DNA of 53,376 nt from Octopus vulgaris (GCA_951406725.2 CATOCA020000026.1:1-53376); one strand, 5' to 3'; numbered from the stretch's first letter, positions 27,236 to 40,812 are shown. Numbers and translations: made by a program. The notes: generated by a model not told the origin, from the sequence alone.

Positions 27236-28455
27236 TCAATCCTGACTGAAACTTATCTAAGAATCTAAGTATTTAAGTATTTTGTAATGTTTACGGATTG
27301 TCTGTTTTGTCATTTTGAAAAAAAAATTTTGTGTGCATGAATGCTTGTTTGTATATATGTGTGTGTAAGTCTTTGTATTTGATGTATGTACAAGTGTGTG
27401 CATGTGTGTGTGCAGGCGATATCACGTGTTTGTCTTTATGCATGTGTTAGTGAGTGCGTCTCTCAGTATGTGTGTGTGTGTGTGTGTGTGTGCATGGTTC
27501 TATGTGTGTGCGCGGAAGAGCATGCACTTATTTTCATGTGTGTGACAGTGCGGATGTAATTGTGTGCACGTGTGTGAGTATATGTGTGTGTGTGTGTGCG
27601 AGTATGTTTGTGTATGCGTGTGTTTTCTTGCAACAGCAGGCGTTTATGCTCATGTATGTGTGTGCGTCTGTGTGCGCGTGTTTGTGTGTGTGTGAATGTG
27701 CATGATCGCAGGTGTGTGCACAGGAGAGCACGCATTTATGTTCATGTGTGTGTCAGTGTGTGTGTAACTGCGTGCGTGGGTATGGGCATATGTTTATGTG
27801 TATATATGCATGTGTGCTTGCAACCACATGTGTCTATGTTTATGTGTGTGGTAAAACTGTGTGTGTTTGAGAGTGTGTGTATATGCGTGTGTCGAAATGT
27901 GTGTGTGTGTGTGAGCGTTTGTGTGTGGTTTAGTTCTGTTCCGTAATCTATTATACGTTCTTTTCTGAGTGAGATGTCCTTATGGTTCAAACTCAACTTT
28001 TAACCTCAAAATCCAATTGTACATTGAAACATTGCTCCCCAAATTTAGGATGACGAATTTCTAAGTACTGGATGGAATTGTGCGTCGAACTAAAATATTT
28101 AGATCTAAGTTAAAGAGCACTACACCAATATATTTGTTTTCGTTGTTGATGTTGAAGAATGATTTTTAAGAGATCTTTAAACACAAGTACCCACTTCAGA
28201 CGCAAGAATCCTGTTTAATTTCTCTCCTTGTTTCGTGATACAGATTCCGTTCATTACACATATACACACGCACGCACCACAAACACATACATACACGCGT
28301 GCGCACACACACACACACACACACACTAACACAAACACACACATATATATAAATACATAAATTAAGCGAATAAGAGGAGACAATACATGATTACTTCATT
28401 TGTTCACAGCTGTCCCTTGATCTGTGTCTGGTTACACCAACTACACTACATCATT

Positions 28456-28523
<68 letters not shown>

Positions 28524-28526
<3 letters not shown>

Positions 28527-28660
28527 CTTGTTTACCAGCCACATGGTTCCGGGTTCAGTCCCACTGCGTGGCATCTTGGGCAAGTGTCTTCTACTATAGC
28601 CTCGGGCCGACCAAAACCTTGTGAGTGGATTTGGTAGACGGAAACTGAAAGCCCGTCGTA

Positions 28661-28693
<33 letters not shown>

Positions 28694-28919
28694 GCGTGTC
28701 TGTGTTTGTGTGTCTGTGTTTGTCCCCCTAGCATTGCTTGACAACCGATGCTGGTGTGTTTATGTCCCCGTTACTTAGCGGTTCGGCAAAAGAGACCGAT
28801 AGAATAAGTACTGGGCTTACAAAAGAATAAGTCTCAGGGTCGAATTGCTCGATTAAACGGCGGTGCTCCAGCATGGCCGCAGTCAAATGACTGAAACAAG
28901 TAAAAGAGTAAAAAGAGTA

Positions 28920-28920
<1 letters not shown>
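28524..28920 (+). mobile_element. SINE family B lacking its first ~25 bp, internal (TA)n
   Basis: Close match to the other B copies. Confidence 0.9.
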
Positions 28921-28950
<30 letters not shown>

Positions 28951-29074
28951 AGTGGCTGTGTGGTAAGTAGCTTGCTTACGAACGTGTGCGCGCGTGTGTG
29001 TTCTCTTCTTTTTAATTTAGGCTAAACCTTGATCGGGCGCCTGCTTGGATTCAAGGTTGTGAAAGAAAGCATCT

Positions 29075-30535
29075 CGTTCTATTCATTATCCTTTAAATCT
29101 TAAGAAGGTCTTACTGCTTTGTATCGTCCCACACATCGTTATCATTTGTAGTGTATGAATTTAGGATTTGCGTTCTCTCCCCAAGAACCCAAGTTTAGCC
29201 ATACTTTGATCCAAACTCATTCATATCTATCCTGTTGCTCCAATAATAATAATAGGTTTGAAGCTGAAAAGGAATCTTGGATTTTGCAAACTCGTTACTA
29301 ATGGTCCATAGATGTCCTCTTTCTCTTGTATTTTCTATCTACATTGGTGTCCAGAGGGCGGAGGATTTCCAACAGCAGAACATATCTTTTCATTGTGGTC
29401 CCATACAAAAAATCTGACCATTTGTGTTATAACATGGTGGCTGTTTTAATTTATAAGTGCAACCAATATTCTTTTAACCCACCGGCCTCAATATGATCAA
29501 CTTCGTCTGTAGGTGCTTTCTCTTTTGTTATCCCGATCCAGACTGTTCTGACCACCACATCATGCCTCATGAGAAGATGATGGCTGGAAAACATTCTCTC
29601 ACAGTTGGCAATAATGTAGTTGGTGTCTTCCGTCTTGATCTTGCACAGCCTACATTTGTTGTGAGTCGATGTTTTCTGCCTTTTATGCTGTAGGTACTTG
29701 GTGAAGGATTTTTACTTGCATAGAGGTAGCCTTCGAAGTGGGATGCCATAAACCTGTCGGTTCTTCATGCCAAACTTTTGACATGATTAGTTTCTTTTAT
29801 GATTTGCATTTTTCGTGCCAAGGACCGATGTACTATCTTTTCAGCGAATTGATCAATTAAAAAAAAAATTTGTCCCGATAAACAGATTTCACCAACTCTC
29901 CTTGGGGAGAGATCTGTATCAGCTTTTATTTCACGCCACTCCTCAAGTTCATTAGCTAACCCAGTTATGATGTCGACTTCATCATGGTCACAGATTTGGA
30001 GAGTACAGTGACTGGTCTCTTTCCTTTATTGCAGATGTTGTTTATGAGTCACAATACGCGGCTTTATATGACGTCAATACAGATTTGAGATCACGGCCAC
30101 CATCACTGCGTCGGAAGTATAGCCAGTCTATATCTCCACTGACGCTGAAGCTTCCTGTAATATTGAGCAGCTTGCGAGTTCAAACATCTGTCTCATTGAG
30201 ATCTTATAGTGACCAGTTCAGAGGACGAAATAGAGGCGTGAGAACAGACATTGCAATGGTGTTGTGAGCAATAAGTTTGTTTCAGTTCCGATGATTATAT
30301 TCTCTTTACCCTCCTGGGGTAGTAATTCCTGGTCCTCTCCTTATTTATGCGTTCATCACACCTGACAATCTCACCTTGTCCGATATACTTATAATTGTCA
30401 CCTGACTGTAGAGCCGTTCAGTTTTAGGTTTTCAAAGAATGACACAACTTTTTAAGGTTTTATTTTCAAAAATACGCATTTGGACTCACCAAATTTCATC
30501 CCAATGTCAGTAGAAAATTGGCTAATGAGGTCCAA
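29075..30535 (-). mobile_element. 5'-truncated RLE-type LINE (RT C-terminus, CCHC finger, RLE endonuclease), decayed
   Basis: LDLISQFSTDIGMKFGESKC; YKYIGQ; TRKLLNITGSFSVSGDIDWLYFRRSDGGRDLKS; CRLCKIKTEDTNYIIANC..RHDVV; EKEDIYGPL; IIIGATG. Confidence 0.88.
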
Positions 30536-30634
30536 ATGTTTTTTTTTTTATGTATATTCTCCTCTTCCTCTTTTTAGAGTAAATTTTGATCGACCACTGA
30601 CTTGTAACAGAACGAATTTTGCTTTAACCACCAT

Positions 30635-30830
30635 CCTTTAAATCTTAAAAAAAGGTTTTGCAGATTTACATAGTCCTATATATCGTGATCATTTGTAGCA
30701 AATAAATTAAGGATTTGCATTTTCTCCCCAAGAACCCAAGTTCAGCCATACTTTGTTCCAGACGGGTTGGCATGTATCTTGCTGTTCCAATAATAATAGC
30801 TATGAACCTGAAAGTGTATTTTGGGTAGAT
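30635..30830 (-). mobile_element. Second 3' end of the same RLE LINE family
   Basis: YPKYTFRFIAIIIGTARYMPTRLEQSMAELGFLGRKCKSLIYLLQMIT, similar to 29090-29260. Confidence 0.8.
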
Positions 30831-30833
30831 ACT

Positions 30834-31103
30834 ATGTATGTATGTATGTATGTATGTATGTATGTATGTATGTATGTATGTATGTATGCATGCATGTATG
30901 TATGTATGTATGTATGTATGTATGTATGTATGTATGTATGTATGCATGTATGCATGCATGTATGTATGTATGTATGTATGTATGTATGTATGTATGTATG
31001 TATGTATGTATGCATGTATGTATATGTATGTACGTATGTGTATGTGTGCGTGCGTGCTTGTGTGGGTTTGTGTATGTATGTATGTATGTATGTAGTATGT
31101 ATG

Positions 31104-31152
<49 letters not shown>
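30834..31152. repeat. (TATG)n/(TA)n microsatellite
   Basis: Direct reading. Confidence 0.97.
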
Positions 31153-31155
<3 letters not shown>

Positions 31156-31395
31156 TGAATAAAAGAATGGAGTCGAACGAAGATGTTAACAAAATTCCTT
31201 TACTCTCGACATATGTTTCGAAGACAGCATATTTTTATTCCGAAGGAATAAAGGGTGCATTATGCAATCTTCCCATCAGGAAAGATAAGGAGCCTCTCTC
31301 AACCACAAGACGAACAAAAATTTCGATGATTGCCTACATGGTGATCACAGCGATAATTTTCCATGCTGACGATAAACATGGGATAATTCATCCAC

Positions 31396-31400
<5 letters not shown>
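31153..31400 (-). mobile_element. Short Penelope-like element inserted in (TA)n
   Basis: (TA)n on both sides; hammerhead at 31203-31284; left end similar to 26112-26160. Confidence 0.6.
31203..31284 (-). ncRNA. Type I hammerhead-ribozyme-like motif (best preserved fold)
   Basis: CTTTC-CTGATGG-GAAGA..TCTTC-GAAAC-ATAT-GTC|GAGAG: 5-bp stem I, long stem II, palindromic ACATATGT, GUC cleavage triplet; A9 is G. Confidence 0.7.
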
Positions 31401-31475
<75 letters not shown>

Positions 31476-31635
31476 AACTGGAACTAACACGACGATAAAA
31501 TGTTTCCCAGTCCTCCAGCAAAAGCAAATGGTAGACACTCCTGAACGAATTACCTTAGAACTACTTGAGCTTTTCAGGCAAACAAGGATGTAAACCTCAA
31601 TCGCCACAGTACGCTTGTGAAGAGCAATGATTCTA

Positions 31636-31849
31636 CAAGGGGTGCTGAAAACTTCCTAGTTTTAAGGGTACCACGAAACACCTGGTTGGAGCCCCAACCT
31701 TCCGAGTTCTTTTACAGAACTTAGAAAAATTAAAGGCCCGCTACGATAAGTGTGTGAATCTGAGAGGAGAACATGTTGCATAAAATCATAATTAACTGAT
31801 CCTCCTGCATTGTTTTTACCCAAAGCCAGTAACTTTTCAGCACCCCTTC
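31636..31849. mobile_element. Mariner-type MITE
   Basis: TA|CAAGGGGTGCTGAAAA..TTTTCAGCACCCCTTC|TA. Confidence 0.85.
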
Positions 31850-32179
31850 TATTTAGTATCAACTCTGAAAGACATACGCCAGATCAAGAATAAACTATTG
31901 TCGACACGAAATGAATTAAAAATCTTTTTTATTTTTTTTTTTATTTTATCTAGTTTCAGTTCACGAGCTGAAGCTAAACTTCAACTAAACAAGCAATGCG
32001 CTTCGGATACAAAGAGAGTGCAATATCTGCAACGAGGTGTGTCTAGGAGAGCCATTTCATTCTGGTAGCGTAGCATTTGTTTTCTGTAACAGGTCATGCA
32101 TCTGGTAAAAAAGGGATTGTTGTCGAGATATGAATTCGTATTTGCAGGAGATATAGTATTGTCACAGTGCGGTGTAGTA

Positions 32180-32410
32180 AGGCAGCGAATTGAGCAAATC
32201 GCTAGCACGATGGGCAAAAGGGTCTGTCTGCATTTCGTCTGTGTATACGTTCTGAGTTCAGATTCGGCAGAGATCGACTTTGCCTATCATACTTTGAGGG
32301 TCGATGAAATAAGTACCAGTTGAATACTGGAGTCGATGTAATTGATTTACTCCCTCCCCTCCTCACCTTACTAAATTCCAGGCCTTGCACCTGGTGTGGA
32401 AACGATTCTT
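32180..32410 (+). mobile_element. SINE family A copy
   Basis: Head, GTTCTGAGTTCAGATTC, core and tail recognisable. Confidence 0.82.
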
Positions 32411-33094
32411 ATTGTATCTAGTCGACCCGTTTACCTCTCAGCTATCATTAACAACCAAACGTATGATGAACGAACAAGGTAAAATCTATGACAATCATGG
32501 GCAGCCGTCGATCCGAAAAAATTATTTTGACATTTTTAGTTGTGCGTCTCGCTTGATGACATGCCATGTCTCACGTGGTCCGCTTCTCTAAAAACGTTGC
32601 CCAGGCCTAGTCAACGCTACAACTCGGCTACTAGAAATAGCAACCGAACAACATCAAATCATGTTATGCTGCTTTAAAATTGGAAGGACACATTAAACAA
32701 TGGTGTTGCAGATATACAAAAAGACAGGATGGTTCAGGTTGGAATGGCTTTGATCATGGATTCAGTCGGTCCGTCAGATTAGAACTGCTCTGGAGCGAAA
32801 CAACAGCCAAATTTATTAATGCCGCTCCTAAGGTCTCTTCGAGTAGTGTCCATGTTAAAATAAATTCCCTAATAATAAGTCACGTGTCTGCCTTTTGATG
32901 TATTTCCTTTTCTCTGTCTTAGCCCTTGAAACCTTGAAACGCATTCACCGCAAAGTCCTTTAGCATAGGCATGTTAAAGGGTCTGTAGAGCAGAACCCGA
33001 TATTACAAGGAAGTTAATTTGTGATGTTTTCTTTCACGTATGTGTGTGTGTGTATGTGTATGTGTGTGTGTGTATGTGTATGTGTGTGTGTGTG

Positions 33095-33141
<47 letters not shown>

Positions 33142-33188
33142 GTGAGTGTGTGTGTATTTGAACTCATTTATTTTCCTTAATACTTCAG

Positions 33189-33224
33189 CAGGGAACTTGA
33201 TGCCAGCTACGTGACAAAGAGAAG
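33189..33224 (+). other. Candidate 36/33-nt micro-exon with NAGNAG acceptor
   Basis: TTTTCCTTAATACTTCAG|CAG|GGA..AAG|GTAAGT; one open frame RELDASYVTKR; length is a multiple of 3. Confidence 0.4.
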
Positions 33225-34173
33225 GTAAGTATTTAAGACGGTTTATACATTTGTAGCGGAGGTTTGTTTCGAATTAAATAATAACCGAACAGCTCTTTAC
33301 ACAATGATTGTTTTGTTGATTGTGTCTCTTTTTATTTCCTTTTTGTTCGTCTACTTTTTTTTTTTTTATTTTGTTTTTTGTTCTTTTCAATTTGCATTAC
33401 TTCTTCTCTTTCTTTCTGCGCGACAATGCATCCCATTCGACATATATCACAGATGACATGCTGCGCGTTTGTTGCATATGAACATATGGACGTTGCGCTG
33501 TTTATTTGTTATACATATGTTGTTGAAGCGATTTTGCCCTAAATCTAAAACCACCATCACAGGATCTCTTGAAGAAACATTGATATTAAGCTAAACTGTT
33601 AGCTGATCTCCTTGAGTTTTGGACAATGCTATTTCCTGTGTAAACCGAGCAAAACAGTGCCGTATACGTTTTCTCATTACCAATACACTCATCAGATAAG
33701 TATATAAATAAACTACTAGAGTGGTAATGGTTAAGTTCATAATTGTAATATAAGAGCATCCAGTTTGGGTTCGACCCTACTTGGGAATGAACATCCTTGA
33801 TCAAATATCAAAGGTTGTTTACACAATCAATGATTCAGTTTTTAAGTCTTTAACTTAACATTCTTGCTCGCCCTCCTATCCCATCTTTGCATAGACTGAG
33901 AAAGAGATCAGTGAACAAGCAGATAAACAAATAAACAGATGGCTAGGGGGGGGGGTGGACAAGGGTTTCGAGCTTTAACTCTTTAAGAGATATTGTGTAT
34001 TGTAAAGCGAGTTTCAGGCATTGGCTGAAATAACTTTCAGATTTCTAAGCAATTGAAAAATAGAACATCTTATGAAATATAAAACATGACAAACACACAC
34101 TCACACCCGCACACACTCACACTCACACACACACGCATATACACACAAACTCATACACACACATACATACATA

Positions 34174-35063
34174 CGAGGTGTAATCAAAAAGTATCCCACC
34201 TTTGGCCAAAAAGCAAGTAATATTTAAAAAGAAATACCATTTTGATTTAGTCTCCTTCAAAGTATTCACTTTGGGAGTTTCCACACTTCTGCGTTCCCGC
34301 CGCTCCTAGAAACATTTCTGACAATCACTTTTTGTGAGGCTGTAAGGCTGTGCCGTTGAATTTTGCTTAATGTCCCCTGTTGACTCAAGTCTTCTCCCTT
34401 TGAGTTTTTTTTTGTTTGTTTTAGCTTTGAGAATAGCCAAAAGTCACACGGAACCAAGTCGGTGGCGTAGGAAACCTGACGAACAAGTGGTGTGTTTTGC
34501 TTGACGAGGAATGCTTGGACGACGTGGGCGGAACGAGCGGTTGCGTTGTCATGGTGGAGTTGGCAGTTCTTTGCTACCCACAGATCGGGTCGTTTTCGCC
34601 GCACAGCTTCACGAAAACATCGAAGAACCCCAGGTAGTATTCTTTGTCAATTGTCGGACCTTCTGGTGCATATTCATGGGTCACTTTCCACTGAGGTGCG
34701 GCCATATTTGAACCTGTTTTACGACCCAATTATTTGTGTTTTTCCATAGCAGCATCTCCAAAGGCCATCTGAATCTTCTCGATAGTCGGGGCTTACGTAT
34801 CAAGCAAGTTTTTGGCAGAATTTGATACAGTATCTTTACCCAATGCACTCGGTCATCTTAACTGAAAAAGAAAAATCACATAGCACACTCTCCACGCCTG
34901 TACTCAATGCGTCACTGCGAGCAAATTGCGCAACCTAAAGACACGAAAATTTTTGCGCGGGCTCAGGAAGGACGCGGTCACCTAAAACCCATGCGGCTTT
35001 TGCTGACGTATTATTACTTTGTACAAAAACAACCAAGGCCGGATACTTTTTGACTACACCTCG
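34174..35063 (-). mobile_element. Internally deleted mariner element
   Basis: TA-flanked TIRs CGAGGTGTAATCAAAAAGTATCC / GGATACTTTTTGACTACACCTCG; LHHDNA and YATDLVPCDFWLF (YSPDLAPxD) motifs. Confidence 0.92.
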
Positions 35064-35137
35064 TATATTTACATACAGACGTACTTACTTAACTATACAT
35101 ATTCATATAAGCGCACATATAAATACATACATACTTA

Positions 35138-35982
35138 CGTGGTCCGATCAGCAAGTATCCGGACTGTTGCCATAGTAACGAAGCTAAAGCACGCAGAGTA
35201 AAGCCGCTACACACAAATTGACCTTGAACTCTGATCTGCATGCACACTAAGTTTTAACGTTCTTGTTCACTTCTGCTGTTTACAGCAGTTCATGGAAGGA
35301 AGGTGTGTCGCGTGTGATCGTCGCATTGAACATAACAGAGAAAGTTGAGCAGAGAATCTGCATCAAATTTTGCCAAAAGCTTTGATATACCTGTTCAGAG
35401 GCCTACACAAAGTTTTCAAAAAGTTTTCATCGTTCTCGATACAATCAAGTACATCTTGTGCAACTGAAACCCGAGTATTTTGTTGGTCATTTGAAAGCAG
35501 TTTTGGCACAAACTTGGCAGACAAGCACCTCATACCGAAATCTTCGGTGATAATGGACTGAACTGAACAGTAACTAATCTGCGCATCCTCTGATAACTCA
35601 CAGATTTACAGTTTCCCCTCACAGCTACATGCACATCTGCGATGTTTTTTCTCAGTTCTGCTGGCTGCGAGTCTTCCAGAACGTTTATCAATATCAAAAT
35701 TTTTTCAGCCATCACGGTAACGTCTGAACCACTCGTGTGCGGCTCATACACTCCGTTCCATACACTTTCTGTAACTTTATGTAGGCCTCTGAGCAGGTAT
35801 CGCCATGGTCAATGCGACGATCACATGCTACACACCTTCCTTCCAAGCACAGATGTGAGCTAGAACGTTAAAACTTAGTGCGCATACACAGCTCAAGGTC
35901 AATGTATGCAAAGCGGCTTTACTCTGCATACATTAGCTTCGTTACTATGGCAACAGTCTGGATACTTATTGATCAGACCTCG
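35138..35982 (-). mobile_element. Second copy of the long-inverted-arm mariner derivative
   Basis: TA|CGTGGTCCGATCAG..TTGATCAGACCTCG|TA; same internal junction as 19125-20017. Confidence 0.92.
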
Positions 35983-36496
35983 TATATGTATACACGCACA
36001 CTCACACACACACACGTATGTGTGTGTGTGTGTTTGACGCTGAAGTTAGTCACGTTGACACAGAGGTCTATTCATCCTTTAATGTAAAACATCTCACACC
36101 CTAAACTTTTGCTCTAAATCCAAACCTTGTGGAAAAGGAAATGCTTGTCTTTGAATCAAGGCAAAGAAACGCCTGTCTAAAGAAGACCTGAGCAGTGAGC
36201 AAACGGTCGCATTGAACTGCTAATTAATGTATGGATTTAACTACAAGACAGAAAACAGTAGTGAACTATCGCTGTGCTTGTAACTCTCAAAGGAAAATCC
36301 TGCAGAGAGTTATTTTGATCAAGATCTCTACTAACCAATTCCACAAAAGGGCTTAAGCAGTTTCGTCGATCAATTTACATGGAGAAGAGGAAGAGCCGCT
36401 TAGGCTTCAGTGAGAAGCGCTGCAAAAGCAAACTATGTCCGTTGGGGAAGTAATGTGCTAGCTACACCAACCATCACAGTACATGCACAGTAAATA

Positions 36497-37063
36497 TTGG
36501 ACTGGCCGGAAAGTTCGTGCCGATTTTTAAAGGAAAGAAAAAGATGGATAAATACTTGCCATTACATTTTTAATCAACCATATATGAACCATTTTGTTGC
36601 ACAATGCGTCTCCATCTTTCCTTTAACTTGAAAATACCCTCTCCCCAGAATTGAGGTGGTTTCATGGCAAAGAATTCATTAAGGTATCTTTTTACGTCAT
36701 CCAAGGAATTGAAATTTTTACCATTAAGACTGTTCTGCAGAGACCTGAATAAGTGGAAATCCAACGGAGCAATATCTGGTGAATATGGAAGGTGGCGGTA
36801 ACACATCCCAGCCGAGCTGCAGCAATTTTTGTCTCGTTCCCAAAGCATCAAGTGCCGAAAACGAACTTTCTTTTCTTCCATTTTAAAGGGTTACAGAATT
36901 AACACAGGTTCTAGGAACATAAACCTTCTTCCACGAAAAGATAGCTTAAACTGTGCTCTAAATGGAGGTGTAGTCAAATCCTATTTTATGGACTCAACCA
37001 TGTTCTAAAATAAGTCGAAAGGTAAGCTACTATAAATCGGCACGAACTTTCCGGACAACCCAA
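36497..37063 (-). mobile_element. Internally deleted mariner element (third family)
   Basis: TIRs TTGGACTGGCCGGAAAGTTCGTGCCGATTT / AAATCGGCACGAACTTTCCGGACAACCCAA, TA flanks; ORF fuses MEEKKVRFRHLMLW to YSPDIAPLDFHLFRSL. Confidence 0.92.
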
Positions 37064-37433
37064 TATATTTACCCACACGCGCCCGTGCACACACTGCTCT
37101 CTTAACGCCAATCCATTCTAATCTATTTCGAACTTAGTTGCACATCAGAACATGTTTCTCCATTTTTAATCCTTTTAATTAAATTTTACTATAAGCATTT
37201 AACTCCATTCCATTCCACCCAATCCACTTTAAAATTCCACATTTTTCTATATTGTCTATATTTTTCGTATTATTATCACAAATATAATTTCTGGTAAATT
37301 AATAATTTATTTACGCCCGGGCTTGCTTTTGTCATTAAGAAGTAGTTTGTTGGGCAAATGTTTGCTGCTATAGCACCGGGCCAACCTATGTCTTGTCAGT
37401 GAATTTGGTAGACGGAAACTGTGGGGACGTCGG

Positions 37434-37593
37434 TATGTATGTATGTATGTATGTATGTATGTATGTATGCATGTATGTATGTATGTATGTATGTATGTAT
37501 GCATGTATGTATGTATGTATGTGTGTATGTATGTATGTATGTATGTATGTATGTATGTATGTATGTATGTATGTATGTATGCATGTATGTATA

Positions 37594-37624
<31 letters not shown>

Positions 37625-38004
37625 TGTATGTATGTATGTATGTATGTATGTATGTATGTATGTATGTATGTATGTATGTATGTATGTATGTATGTATGTA
37701 TGTATGTATGCATGTATGTATGTATGTATGTGTGTATGTATGTATGAGCGTATGTATGCATGCATGTGTGTTTGTATGTATGTATGTATGTATGTATGTA
37801 TGTATGTATGTATGTATGTATGTATGTATGTATGTATGTATGTATGTATGTATGTATGTATGTATGTATGTATGTATGTATGTATGTATGTATGTATGTA
37901 TGTATGTATGTATGTATGTATGTATGTATGTGTATGTATGTATGTATGTATGTATGTATGTATGTATGTATGTATGTATGTATGTATGTATGCATGTATG
38001 TATA

Positions 38005-38035
<31 letters not shown>

Positions 38036-38780
38036 TGTATGTATGTATGTATGTATGTATGTATGTATGTATGTATGTATGTATGTATGTATGTATGTAT
38101 GCATGTATGTATAATATGTATGTATGTATGTATGCATGTATGTATGTATGTATGTATGTATGTATGTATGTATGTATGTATGTATGTATGTATGTATAGT
38201 ATGTATGTATGTATGTATGTACAGTATGTATGTATGTATGTATGTATGTATGTATGTATGTATGTATGTATGTATGTATTTATGTATGTATGTATGTATG
38301 TATGAATGTATGTATGAATGTATGTATGTATGTATGTATGTATGCATGTATGTATGTATGTATGTGTGTATGTATGTATGAGCGTATGTATGCATGCATG
38401 TGTGTTTGTATGTATGTATGTATGTATGTATGTATGCATGTATGTATAATATGTATGTATGTATGTATGCATGTATGTATGAATGTATGTATGCATGTAT
38501 GTATGTATGTATGTATGTGTGTATGTATGTATGAGCGTATGTATGCATGCATGTGTGTTTGTATGTACGTATGTATGTATGTATGTATGTATGTATGTAT
38601 GTATGTATGAATGTATGTATGTATGTATGAATGTATGTATGTATGCATGTAAGTATGTATGTATGCATGTGCGTATGTTATGTACGCATGTATGTATGCA
38701 TGCATATATGTATGTATGCATGTATGCATGTACGTGTATATATGCATTTGTGTATGCATGCATGCATGTATGTATGTATG
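37434..38780. repeat. 1.35-kb (TATG)n array with higher-order variants
   Basis: Direct reading; starts at a SINE B 5' fragment (37335-37433). Confidence 0.98.
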
Positions 38781-39175
38781 TCATTATTCAGTTTATTTCA
38801 AGATTTCTTGTCAAAAGAGAAAGAAATGGTTTCTAACTTAGCTCCAAGGCTCCTTCATTGGAATTTCAACATCAACAACGGTGTATTTTTGTTTGTATGT
38901 ATGTATGTATGTATGTATGTATGTATGTATGTATGTATGTATGTATGAGCAGATTAGTATGTTTTATGTATGTTTTCTTATGCATACAGTTGCATATCTA
39001 GACATATTCATATATAAGTGATAAACTTCTGGAAAGTTTTACAGATTTTTACAGTTCCAGTGATGGACTATATCTGTAGTCTTCGAATTATCTCCCTCCT
39101 TTCTGGTTTTGAGAAGCCTAATTTCTCAGGATTCGTATTTAGGCAGTGTGTTACCCATCCCAGGGCCCCTCTTCC
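38781..39175 (-). mobile_element. RLE-type LINE 3' end plus 3' UTR with (CATA)n tail
   Basis: GALGWVTHCLNTNPEKLGFSKPERREIIRRLQI*SITGTVKICKTFQKFI. Confidence 0.8.
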
Positions 39176-40399
39176 GAGATCGTGCACAATCAAAAGCCCA
39201 TACTTCGTTGGAACATGTTGGCATGCACTCTAGACTCCATGCAAATCATTTATATTTCTTCGGGACGCATGTTGTCATTCCAACACGAGACACAACGTAC
39301 GGAACTTTTAGCACTCTGCTGTAAGACAAAGTTCTAGTATTTGCAGGACTTTCAGCGCCAATATTTGTTCTTATTTCGCGTTAGGTAATTCAAATATAAA
39401 TTACGGTGTATCATTCCAGTCTTTCTTCCAAAAGTGCGAGCTTTAAACTTTTGAACCCTTTGTATCAGCTGTGTGGCTGCTTATATCAATAGTTTTGTGC
39501 GCATGCGTGCGTGTGTAGTTTTATTGGATTGCTTCCAGTTCAGTAGTGAACTTCACGATATCATTGCACCTCAACTAGGAGCTGTAATCTGATAGAATTC
39601 TACGTATTTGATTTGCTGTTCGGAATTGTTCTAGGATCCACCCTGCTAGTTATCTGCACGCCGCTACCATCTTAGCAATATGCATATTAATTTATGCGCC
39701 ATTAATCATAACAGCAGAATTCTTCAAACTCTCTTGCTTTGTTTTCATCACCCAACCTGCATGTGACATTGGAATCTTTTTGTAGGTTGTTCACACTATC
39801 AAAACACTCAATCGCTTTGATATTTGGCTCTCCTCAGCGCAGATAGCAACAGTCGTTGTTCTGATAACTGCGAATATTTCAAGATTTCTGTGAGTGCTGT
39901 TACAATCTATAACTTCCTAGAAACAATTCTATGGACTACTTTTCTGGGAATTGTTGACTTCTTTGACCGTCACAACTTGGACGCCACAATTTTGACTGTT
40001 AATCATTTTTTTTTTAAATCTATCATTCACTTTATTTCTTAATCAACAGCCGGATTACGGGGGCGTAAATGAACCAACACTGGTTGTCAAGCGGAGTCTG
40101 GATTACCGGAAAAACAAAGTGCTATGCTAAGACCAGACTTTATCTATAATACATCTACACATGTAAGTATCAAGTAGCTGTTTGAACACCCCATCGCTGA
40201 TGCGTTGGAAGGAAACCAAACTGCTTGAACTAAAAATGAGCGTAATTTTTCTCTCCGTGATTTGAAGTTTAAAAGTTGGGTCTTAACTGGAAGTATCAGT
40301 TCCGCTGTCTCATGTGGAAGAGACATGTAACTTCTTTCAGCTCTAAGGTGAATGTGAGCTTGCCATATTCATGGAAAATGAACAGTTAGATCTTTTATT

Positions 40400-40812
40400 T
40401 TTTTACTTGTTTCACTTATTAGACTGCGGCCATGCTGGGGCACCATTTGGAGAATTTTTTAGTCAAATGAATCGATCCCAATACTTTTTTTCTTCTTTTT
40501 AAAGCCCGGTACTTACTATATCGATGTTTTACCGAACTGCTAGGTTACGGGGACGTAAATACAGCGACACCAGTTGTCAAACGGTGATGGGGACAAACAC
40601 ATATACAAACACAGGCACGCACACGGACACGGACACGCACACACATACGAGGGGCTTCTTTCAGTTTCCGTCTACTAAATCCACTGACAAGGCTATGGTC
40701 GGCCCGAGGCTCTAGTAGAAGTTACTTGCCCACGGTGTCATCACGTAGTGGGACTGAATCCCGGAACCATGTGGTTAGGAAGCAAGCTCTTATCACCCAG
40801 CCACGCCTGTGC
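40400..40812 (-). mobile_element. Full SINE family B
   Basis: Reverse complement of the B consensus with a CA-rich internal tract. Confidence 0.88.

Noticed and set aside
37307-38784. Long ORFs of 453 and 462 aa
   Set aside because: Translations of (TATG)n, which lacks stops; the same applies to the poly-I, VC, YI, HT, K and F ORFs throughout
39930-39960. YGLLFWELLT resembling kinase subdomain IX
   Set aside because: In-frame stops close by on both sides and no other kinase motifs
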